From: Raillietiella orientalis
Taxonomy: Eukaryota
Direction of reading: 5' to 3'
Assembly: GCA_036172245.1 (NCBI GenBank)
Contig: JAYWIR010000035.1
Location: 372,001-436,000, forward strand
Length of the DNA: 64,000 bases
Of this stretch, positions 50,601 through 61,903 are shown one piece after another. The position numbers and the translations under genes are program-made. Position 1 is the stretch's first letter; every line of letters starts with the position of its first letter. A model generated the notes under the pieces. The model searched no databases. It was not told where the DNA came from and worked only from the letters and a program-made list of their open reading frames with translations.

Positions 50601-53600
50601 AACGACAGCAGTGCAATCGTTGTTTTAAAACCTGTTTCTCACCACGAGATTCTACTGGAAAGTGTTTTTTATGGCAAATTACAATGGATCGAATCATCAG
50701 TTTGGTGTGCAAACAGAGAATGGAATGGGGAAAGAAAAAAAAAAAGCCATCTGATACATGCATGCCATGCAAATGCTGCCCATCACGGCCGCGGGATGAA
50801 AGTAAAATAATATGAAATTCAGCTCATTAGAATCGAAATTCTGTGTCATTAACGGATGCTCTTTACTTGCTGAGCACTCGAATGAACATATTCGGTGCAT
50901 CATCAAGTCTGAAAAGGAATTGAAAGTTCATCACAAACTTGGCTTTCACGCTTTTTGAACTGCAGGGATGTTTATCATAGAAAATGTGAAAATTTCGTCA
51001 CTCGAAAATTTCTAGAGACCTGGATGTTGTTCCAGGTGTCATTAGTGAGCAGCCGTGCCTCTTTACAACATTTTGAAGAACCAGACACGACTGGTGATAT
51101 CGAAATGCAAATGATCGGTATCGTTTGCTTGTACACATGAACGTACAAAACTAGAATGTCAACGAGAAGGGTCACGAAACGAATGCCTGAGGGTTGACCA
51201 GAGCAAGTTCCCTCGCAGTGGTTCGTACACTTTCTTGGGCACGAGGATTTCGCTTGGGTTCTACTGAAGATGCCCTCTGAGCAGTGAGTGCAAGAGGAAG
51301 TAGACATCCCTACGGAGATGATTTTATTTAAGTTGGAAGACACTATTGCAAGTCAGATTCGACCTCATAGAAGAGGAAAAAAAATCAGCATCACTTAAAA
51401 AAAATCGCTGCTCAAAGGTGCCGCTTAAGAAAAAAAAAAATCCATGCTGAAACGAGATGTTTCAAGACTCTCCTGCAGCAGTCTCCAAATCAATAAGAAA
51501 TCCTTCCTTGGTTGGGGAGAGGAGATTCGTTAGATTTTGCTGAGCTCAGCCACTATGAAGAAGCAATTGACAAATTCACTAACACTAACCCCTCTGCTAT
51601 CCAGATGGGGAATCCAGCTACAGCAAAACGGAGCCTCTTTTTAGTCCTGTTGTCCTTCTTTTCAAGGCATTTTCAAAAGTTCGCTTTTTTCTGAGGATCG
51701 TTTCATCTTTCGAAAAACGCAATGGGCATGATTTTCTAATCCCCCCTCCCTTCCCCCGGTGATGTGCTTTGATAGAAACGTTCGAAATTCCCAACTTTTT
51801 TCTCAGCATTTATCTTTACTATGCGAATATTTCTGCACATTTTTGCTTTTTTGAATGGCTAGATCGAGTATTTCAGACAGTCTCTAAGTGATCCATTTTT
51901 ATGATTGCTATGCTGAAGACTCGATAACTCTCACTGGGAGAAATGAATCAATGGTTCAGGGATCTGTGAGATCTTATATGATCCATTCTTTCAGAAATAC
52001 ATCATTTTTCCTTACTGTCCTTTTATCATTCCGTTTCCCATGCCAGGCTCTGTATCAATTTTTTGGAGGAAAAAACATGGTTTATGGTTCACATATCGGT
52101 GCTCATGTAGCGGTCTCATCAGCTGGCGAGAATCCTCTTATTCCTTCGTTTTTGGTATGACTTAAGGAAGAGAAGAAGGATACCAATCTTGCCATGACAA
52201 TTCGCCACGATAAAAGATTCGATAAAAGCGAAAATAAACGAATAAGCATTTATAACAGGATGGGATGGTCCATGTCAAAAAGATTCTTCTGCTTTTTCAA
52301 AGATATATCAAAAGAAAACAATTTTCGAAGCTCCAGACTACATACCTAGGCTCTTGGAATTTCATAGGGCAATGAAAAGCAATTGAGAAGTCCATGAGTC
52401 ACATTGAGGAGTAGAGTTTGTTTTGAGGATGAGAACCAAGTAATTGTATATATTGTGCTCGTTAAGCATATTCAAATAAACAAGCACTTGTTATTATTTT
52501 TTTAATTTCGAAGACGCTCCGTAATTTTCTGCGCATACTCTGAAGAAGAGGCACGACAAATGCCAAGTTAAGTAAAGGATGCTAAGGAAGTTCCTGAAAT
52601 TCTAGGCGTAGATCCATCTTGGATGCCCACTTATTGCAGTTCAGTCCGAGTGCACGAACACATCTTCCATGATGATTAATACACGTGAAAAGTGAAGAGC
52701 AATCACTCTGACACTGAGTGAATCCTATGGAGGATAGTTTTCTCTTCGTTAGGCCTCACTTTTGAAACTCCTCGCTAAAATCCATCTTCCTTTGGAGGAA
52801 ATACCCGGGAGAAAATTTTAGTTTCGTTACCACGAACATCAGGGCTTTTTGGCTTCGGTTCCGCCAGAAATCAGTTCGAAGCTCTGGGATTCGATTTCAT
52901 AGCACCGTTCATTATTTTATTCTTTTTTTGGTTTTGCTTTCCGTTTTTAGCGAAAATATACAAAAAATATCCGTTAATTACTGATTTTCTCCTTGCCCCG
53001 TTATTATTGTCTCGTGATGATCACCGTTTGTGGGCCAGCTACCAGCAGCAAAGCTCAGGCTGAGGTTCCACTTCGCGTTTCCTCCTTTTGAGCCGGGAGG
53101 GCTACTTTGAGAGAGAAGAGGAGAGGCGACGACGACCTTTCCAGGTTTCCACGTGCACCCTCGAGTGCGACTGCGCAATAAATCAAATCTTTGTTCACAG
53201 ACCGTTCGCGCTCGCGTTCTTGTGCAAGAAGAGAGGAAGAAAGAGGAAGAAAGAATGCCTGGTGGAACCGAACAAATAAAGTAAAAGTGGCCGTACTCTT
53301 CATTTTGTTGGTACGTGCCATGAAAGGAAAGTTTCGGAAACCCCAGAAACCGACATCCGAAGATCGTTTCCAGCCTCATCTGTAATTTGATGCACCGAAT
53401 GGATGTTCTCGTCGGTTGTGGTACCACACCAAGTTTGGTGTATAGAGCTTCCTCCTTTTCCTTCTATGTGGGCACCAATTCACATTGATGAATGTTCTAT
53501 TAAATTTCTTGGATAGATGTGTTAATAAGCACGTGACACACGCATGGTAATTTCATAGGTTTCATAGCTAACTCTTAGCCCACAGTTTCCACTTGTGGTA

Positions 53601-53697
53601 AGTTTCACGTACTTCAGGGAGTGGAAATAACCACACCCTAAGAATATCGAAGATTCAAGACTGATGCACGTTGCAGCGCATGGCAACACTGCTTTAC

Positions 53698-54068
53698 CTA
53701 CGTTCAGTTCATCTACCATTGAAGTCGATCGCGGGACCTTGTTCATTTTTTGCGACCAAATTTCTTGGTTCGTCGTTGCTTCATTGACTGGAGGAAAAAT
53801 CCTGGAGCAACTTCTTCCCTCAACAACGTGTGATCCTATCACCGGCATGGACTGCGAGCGCTTGACATCCACCACACTGGGCAAGCCGGTCAGCGCAGCA
53901 TGCACATCTTTTTCATCAGGCACGCGATTCAGCATTGATTGCTGCCTCAGTTTGGTCACGCTGCGCAGTACCAAGCCAAAGCCCAGCGAATTTGCAGCAG
54001 ATGTGTGCAGCAACTCCGATGCCGCGCCTTCGCGGTTGCTGATGTGCCCAATCCTTGCTACAGCAGAT
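53698..54068 (-). CDS. Putative coding exon of an unidentified minus-strand gene
   Basis: Stop-free frame of about 195 codons (54111-53522) with a CTCCAG acceptor at 54070-54069 and a G|GTAAAG donor at 53697. The translation looks like disordered protein (KRSQSMP, PRSTSMVDELN). No family recognised. Confidence 0.35.
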
Positions 54069-54177
54069 CTGGAGGCATGAAGCTGAGGCTCTGTCGTGTG
54101 CGTTTGCTTGGGTCATCGAATGTCCACAATTCTGTTTTGCTGTTAGGTTGAGATAGTCACTCTCACCCTTTTCTTTT

Positions 54178-54568
54178 GTCCACAACTGATTCAAAGAGGT
54201 ACTTATCATTGTGGCCTATGTTTATAAAAGTTTGTGCTCTGATCAATTGCATAATTTAAAGCGAATGCTAATGAGTGCAGTGTATTCCGTATATCGTAAA
54301 ATTCATTACGTGGTCAGATTTTTTTTTTTTCCCTTTCTAAATGGTCAAGAGAGAATGCGTCAACTATTTTTGGCTACCAAATGTGTAATCAGCATTTGCA
54401 TAAAGAACCATTTTCAAAAGGTTATTAATCATCCGGCTTGATAACTGATTTCTGTACTTAAAGAAAGCTCATCGTGAAAACCTCTTCGTCCACAATTGGT
54501 TCGAAGAGGCACTCATCATTGTGGTCCGTATTCATAAAAGTGCGCTCTGATCAATTGCATAATTTAAA
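54178..54568. repeat. Diverged ~80-bp direct repeat pair (54178-54259, 54488-54568)
   Basis: gtccacaa...gagg.act.atcattgtgg...ataaaagt..gctctgatcaattgcataatttaaa is present twice, 310 bp apart. Confidence 0.9.
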
Positions 54569-57500
54569 TTAGTAGGAGAAAGATGGTGGTTTAGAAAATG
54601 ACAAACATTTAGAAATTCGTTTAGAATCAGCGAAGGCTCTTTTGTTTGTCTCGGAAATCGAGTGTAAGAGAAGGAACTCTTCGTTCCCAATTGGAAGTTC
54701 CAAGGAAAATTTCAGTTCCATTTAGGCTTGATTGCCCAGGTGGAAGGCCCCTTGCGTCCTCTGCGAATGCATTTGGCAAAATTTCGAGCCGAATTTTCGC
54801 ACTCACGATGGTTCAGGACTGAGGTCTCAATATTACTGCCTCGCAAATTCCTTGGTCAGGTTCCGAGTCGGTAAACAGCAACCGACCCATGCAAACACAA
54901 ACGGCCCCACAGCCCGTAGCTGCCCGTGGTCCTGCAGAACCTACCACCAACGATAACTCAGCTTTCAAGATAACTCAGTTCTTTCTTTGTCGAGTTGCGA
55001 TGCTGATCTCGACGACTTCGAATTGCGTGGAAGTGGAGAAAGCATGTGGCGTGATGTGATGTCGATTATTTCCAGTCAGACCGTACAAAAGGAGGCAGTT
55101 TTTTGTTTTGTACAAGGACAGGGCTGCGAGAAGCCTGGTCGCATAAGCTGCGAACCTTTTGAATCTTGCTTGTTTGATAGATTAATGAAATCTCAAGGGG
55201 AGAGCAAAGTGTGTTTATTAACTGCAGTTGACAAACAGCCTTTGTGATTACACAAATCACCGCAGATTTATACGTGGCTGTCACATGGGCACTCGCATGT
55301 ATGCAATAAAGAGCTTTGTCTGCGTGTTTGCCATCTTTTGAAAACTTCTGCATAAAGTATGATTGAATTGCTGTAGAGTCTTCTTGTTCCGGCACTTTAT
55401 TCCTGGATGCTTCTCTTTTTCCTTCTTTATTTTTCGTTCCTGCAGGGACATTTCGGTTTATTTCGAATGGCTTCCTGGAATTTCTGGCATTCTATCCGCC
55501 TTCGCTCTCAAACTAAGCACTCGTAATTTTTTTCTTCTTCTTCAGTTGTTTTGCAAATATCGTTTTCTACGAAAAAAAATCTCACAGTTCTTCAATTCCA
55601 TAATTTGTTCCATCCGACTGCAGAATATGCTGCTTGCCCCTGCCGAATGCCTTTGGCTGTCTGTTGATTGTATTGGAGATTTCATCCATTAATCAAAAGT
55701 TTGGTCTGTTGATTAATTCATCTCAACGACAGACAAGAGCAGCAAAGAAGAAGAAACGCAGATTTAAGAAATTTTGTTGAATGAACGCTGCAGAAGGGAA
55801 TCGGCTGCTTGTTTTCTGGGTAATTTCGGTCCTTCTTGTAAGGAGCCATTTGATTTCATGATTCTGCCCAGTACCTTCATCTGTTGAAATGGTACTGATC
55901 AAGTACATTGGAGTATTTGGCCTTCCGATGTCCATCTGCATTTGTTTTTCCTCTTCTTTTATTGTCATTACAGCGTAGTAAATTCATTCTGAATGGAACG
56001 CACAAGCTTTTTAAACGAACGAAACCTGTTTCTAAAATCCTACTCAATGGAAATAGTTTCACAGAAGGCAACACAATTCTGATTCCATGTCCAGTGATCA
56101 GAAGATTCTTCTTGTCCTTTCAGTCTTAACATGCAATTTTAACAGTGCAAAAATTTCAGCAAAGAGTCGTTCGCTGCGATTCCAGGAAAAAAAGAAAAAA
56201 AAGCGAAGTGGATTTATGTAAACTTCACTGTAGCATTCGGTAGTTTTTTATCTTAAAAAAAAAGGCAATTCCTACTTCTTCCCGTGCTTTTGCTCGTCTC
56301 AATTATTAAATTGGAAAAAAAAAAAATCCTCTGGTTGTATTTACGAAGCATTGGCGAAAGTCGCTATGTTTTCGTGGATCATCTGTAAGGACGATCGACC
56401 ACCAGGTTGACAAATACATTCAAATATGCAAACAAACAGAACCTAATGCAAAAACTGATGGTAGGGATCCCCCCCCCCCTCATTGCATTGATGAAGCAAT
56501 ATCGTGTCATGGTTTTTCCCAACCATCTCATGATTCTACTGAAACGGAAAGTGACGTTTCATTACAACCAGTTTGCGAGGTTGCCAAGGGAGCGGCTCCG
56601 GTCAGAAAATGAGACTTGCACCAAGTGATAAGAGCAAGCCTTCGTTTTGCATGTTTCGAATGAACCGAAAGCATTTATACCCGAGTCTCAATCAATCCTG
56701 TCATCACGGCACCTGGCTACACTGATATTTCACGATTATGGGACATCCTTTATATTGCATCTGTTGAATTATATTAGAGGATGCTGGTGGCGACGATGGG
56801 CAACCAGTTTAGCCGAAGACCCACATGGACAAAGATTTCTCATGAGAGTCGATGACGATTTTTGTAGAGCAAAAAATAAAAAATAACGCGCCATGTTAAC
56901 GAGATTCTTGGAATTTTTCAGCATCACTCAAAGGACGCTGAGATCCGTTCCTGCAACAGCGAGAGTTCGCTCATCTTCGAGATTACTGCAAGTAAAATGA
57001 TCTGTTTTGTTATACTCGATGTTCTAAGGAGGGGAGGAAGCAAAGAAAAAAAAGAAGAAAATGGCAAATGTGCGCGCCACAGAAATTGAGAGAAAAAAAA
57101 AAATATCTCATGAAAAGACAGCAGTGCCTGCAATTCATTCATTCATTTTTTTTCAGCGTCCATTTCCGGTAAAATGAGCGCTTGCGAAACCGTTGGTTCG
57201 GCATTCATTCTCTTCATGAGAAAAGGTCCAGCCATCCAGGCACCATCTTACTTGCGGAATAAGTGAGCTTAAATTAATGTTCCAAAAATCTCAACGAGTT
57301 CATTCGAGAGTTCAATACCTGTAAATAAAAATGGGAAAAAATTTAGCCTTGAGTCTCATATATTCCTTGCTCTTTGAGTCCACAAAAAATCGGCCCTCGA
57401 GCCATTGGTCAGGCACCACTGCTTGCATCACCTACGATCGATAACTCTGATTATTTGATTACTCATGTGAATGCCTCTTATCTCTTGAATGCATCACTGA

Positions 57501-60500
57501 ACTGTTTTTCGAAATTTTGGGGAAAGCATCTCGATCGTGTATCATTGTAGATGTTTAATAATTCCATATTTCAGAATGGACTTCATCCAATGGACGAAAT
57601 ATTTTCAGATCGAAGACACCACCACGTCGACATAGTCTCCCGTGCCACCTAAATGTCACTTTCCATGTTCGTCTCCAGTTGCTAGCCAGATTCGACTGAG
57701 GTGTCTGAAGTGTCGTGTACTGTTTTTGTACGTACGGTTCAAGTGACTGGTGTCTGTTCACAAGCCAAATAGTTTTTTTTTTTTGTTTTTACATTCTGCA
57801 GGCAGGCGCCTTGCACGCTAAAATTCCCAAGACCCTTTTCTATGGTTTTTGAATGAGAAAATGTCCAAGTTCGTTGTTGAGAATCCTTTTTTTTTTTTTT
57901 TTTTTTTGCCTGCATGGAATCTCTTAATCAGTTGGGGGAGAGGGGAGGGGGGGGCTGATGGTGACATTACCTGTGCACGATTTCGAAAGCCGTCTTGTCG
58001 CCTGCTACGTTGCATGAAGAAGTGCCACCATTGCTAACTTCACGTTTTCAAGGTATGAAACACACTACTAAAAAGAAGAAAAAAAAAGTCCCGGATTAAA
58101 ATTTGCTCAGTGAGCTTTTGCTCTGAAGCAATTTTTTGTTGCACGACGGATGGTGCCTACGAACGGTTCTCCGAGACCACGGAAGAAAAAAAAAAAAAAG
58201 AAATCGGTAGTTTTCTAAAGCGTATTGAAAATATTTGAACGTAGGTTCTCACTCGAAACACCAGAGCATTTGTTGTTGTTGTTGTTGTTTTTCCAGGAGA
58301 AGATGTGCTTTTTATTTGCACGAAGGGGTGGCAGAGATTGACACTGCCGCAAGAAACCCTTTCGAAATCTTCCAGCCATTTGCTGCGGCAAATTTTCCTA
58401 CGAATGGCACCTATGCGGGCGCCATTCTTCGCACGTGTAAAAGTGAAACTTTGATATCAAAGAAGACTTGGTCGGATCTTGGGTTAAACTGGAGGATTTA
58501 GCCTTGAGAATACTTGCCTTCACGAAAATAAAACATCTGTGCGTGCACACATGACGTCAAGGGATTTCGCTCTCCTTTTTTTTTTTTTTTTTTTTTTTCC
58601 TTCCTTTCCTTTCCTTTCCTTTTTTCCCTTTTCGCCAGGTCGTTCCCAACCACTAAACTTCTGTCGAGAAATAGGAAGCCTGGGTAGCTTCTGGGAAAAT
58701 ATTTTCTCGCATTTCACCTCAGGTGATGATCTGATGGCTTCATCAATATGCTTGAGGATATGTAATCGATTCAGAGATTCAGCTGTTGCCTACCCGGATA
58801 CTCTCAAGGCGTCTCGAATTTCTCTAGCGTAAAATAAACTCAGTTATATTTTTACCTGAGCTCATTCGTGAGTTCAGTTTCCTTTCTGCTGATCGTAATT
58901 AGTAGTAGCATTTAGTAATCGGAAGTACGGAGGCTAATCAGAAACGAACTTCCACCATGAACTGTTTGTGCGTATCCCTAAGCTGATTCGAACCCGAGTA
59001 TCAAGAACAAACCTGCCCATGTTTCCCGAAATGAGACAGTGTCAGAAGAACAGTGTACGACCGAAATCATAAACACTTGTCTTGGCCTCGACTCGAGGAT
59101 CCAAAGTTTGTGCAGGAATCGTCTTTCGATGAAATAGCCGTTTCGATTTGAAAAAGTCATCCTGCAGGAACAACCCGTTCTTCATGTAAGTATCAGCTAA
59201 AAATGCAATCGTTTTGAAGTCGAGAATTTGAACTGTGTTTAGCGAAGGATTGTCTCTTAGGAAAAGAAAGAAAGAAAGAAAAAAAAAAAATCAACTTAGC
59301 CTTTACCCCATTTAACACCAGCAGCGCGTAACTGGCGTTTCTGAACTTTGAAAGAAGTGTGGTTCCAGAAAGTCATAGTTATTCGGGTTTTCCATATTTG
59401 CTTTTATTAGTTATACATTTAACCCCACTCATAAGATGTGCGTATCTCTTCGGTGTTTCTTCATCAGACGCCTCGTAATTTCAATTTCCAAAAATTCTCA
59501 CTCGTCCAACTCTACGGCTATTTATCCCGGAAACCCCTTGGTGAATCTGAACGGATCTTCCACAGTTTGCAGGAACCTTTCAAATTCTTTTTCCGGGTGC
59601 AAGAGCGCCTTCTCCAAAAGAATAGGTAACGAATCGGTTAAAAAGCATGCTGCCCTAGAGTTATCTTGAAAAAGCATGATTGCTTGTTACTGCAGTGGTC
59701 TGCAGGATGAATTACCGTATCTGAACGATCATATCTGAGCTGTTGCAGCAAAGTATCACTTAGATAACGAATGGTTCAAAAGCACTTCAGAAGCGAAAAG
59801 AGATTGGTACGAGTTGGTACGTTACCTGAATCATACTCTATGTGAATTGCGGAGTTGGTTTAGGAAAACCTAAGGAAATCCACTGTGCTACAAAAAGGCT
59901 GTTTAGTGAAAGGTGGGGGACATCCTCGTTTTGAGGAATTTATCTGGCTTCACCCTTCCCCTTCACCGTTTACTGACAGAGGTCAATTTCCGAATTCTTT
60001 ATTGACATGAATTTTGTCTTTACACGTTCAGCGTACAAGTCGAAAGATAAGCCGGCACATTGAACGAGCTATTTCAATTTTCGATGGCCGTCATACTCTT
60101 TCGAGTTTTTCATTATCTAGAAAATCCGGTGGAATGTTTGTACCTAAGCGTAAAACAGTCCTGGTGCAGGGCGATTCCTGATTCCACTCGTATACGACCA
60201 GATTCCGTACTGTCCGCACGGAATCTGGAATCACAAGTCGATTTTCTTTTTAGTTTTCAAGAAAGCAATCCATGCACTAGTTGTTTTTACCCTTCAGGAA
60301 TAAGCCTTCTGAAAAAAAAAGAAGCATCAGGAGATAAAAGTATGCCTGTGCTTGAGAAATCCGGAATGCAGAAAACAGTCATCGGCAGACTGTACACGGC
60401 ACTTCGGTAACCCCAAAACATAATGTAATTCCAACGTTTTCTACGGATGTTGCGCAAATGTGAAAAAATGAACTTGGTGAAATGGACTCCCTGGAATCGA

Positions 60501-60990
60501 AACATCCCGTTGTGCCAGTGAGACATTCCGCAGCATCACCCACTGTCCAGCAGCCGCAACCGAGCGTCTCCGCGCGTGTCTTCCTTCCTATCTGCACACT
60601 GCCCCTTCATTGAGCAAAAACTTGACATGATGCTGCGGGTGACGCACCCGTGTGCAACACGAGCCATCTGAACACCTGAAGCCCTAAAAGGAAATTTTGC
60701 TTCGACCATTCGGCGCAATTTTCGTCCGATTCATACCTTGAAAGGTTCAAATAGAAAAGCTCTCTTTATGTCCCGTGGCAATCTGTTTGTTTTACGCGGG
60801 GGGAAAGTTCCAAGCTGCAGCATCTGGAAGAGGTTCAAGGAACCATTGGAATTTTCGCATAAAATAAGCATCAAAAATCCATTGTGTGTTGTTTGTGTGA
60901 AATTTTTATTGCATTTATGTACATACGTGTTGTGTGTAATAACATCAGTATTAATACTCACCGGTGTGATTCTTTTCTCCTAACAGAATA

Positions 60991-61903
60991 ATGTCAAAGA
61001 GGAAATGGTACCACTATCCAAATAAATGGTTTGCCCGGCGTGATGCGACCGAACTAAGAATTTCCCAATGTGAGGCACAAGAAGAGTGCTCTCCCGACAG
61101 CATTCCAATGAAAGATCTGCTTAGGGAAAGGAGCGAAGATCGGGAGCTGGTCGAAGAGCCATCAAACATGGAAGTAGCAATCCCTGAATGCGCTCAACCA
61201 ATGCTGGAGGGAAGAACAGATGTCGGCAGGAGTGTTCCGAACCGCGGTTTCTTCGCATCAAAGTACGCGTTCATGTTGACATTTTGCGTTGCCTTTGTGT
61301 TACAAGGCATGTTCTACACGTACTTGGTCAGCAACTTGACAACGATAGAAAGAATCTTCAAGATTCCAAGCAAAACCATTGGATCGGTTATGAGCGTAAC
61401 AGAGCTTGGGATGATTATCGGCTCACTGGGGCTGAGTTACTACGGTGGTCATGCTCACCGGCCTAGACTGATGGGCTGCGGAATGTTATTGGTGGCGACG
61501 GGCTCGTTCATGCTGATCCTTCCTCACTTCATCGAGGATAGGAGCGATATGTCTTTCATGTCGACAAAGCAAGTGAACTCCAAACTGTGCATTCCTTTGG
61601 CCGAGGAATTGAAAGTGCGAAACTCCACTCTCAGCCCCAATTCCACTCTCCGCGACGATTTGGATTTGCTCGGTCCCCCAGATCACGAATATGGCGAACC
61701 CCTTCATCCCCATCCGGAGGAGGAGGAACTCGACCAGCGATGCCAGCCTGAAGATGATAAGACTGCCAGGACCAGAATGAGAGGCCTGGTCATCTTCGTA
61801 ACCAGTTTGCTGGGAGTTGGCATCGGGGCGGCCGCCCTCAACACGCTAGGAATACCATACCTTGATGACAATATCACGAGCAAGGAATCATCTCTCTATT
61901 TCG
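60991..61903 (+). CDS. Oatp74D: SLCO/OATP organic anion transporter, Oatp74D (ecdysone importer)-like; first coding exon, gene continues beyond what can be resolved here
   Basis: FMLTFCVAFVLQGMFYTYLVSNLTTIERIFKIPSKTIG...SYYGGHAHRPRLMGCGMLL...LPHF and SLLGVGIG...TLGIPYLDDNITSKESSLYF (OATP signature region). Acceptor ttttctcctaacag at 60986 and donor G|GTAATT after 61903. SLCO family is secure; subfamily assignment is from remembered motif similarity. Confidence 0.85.
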
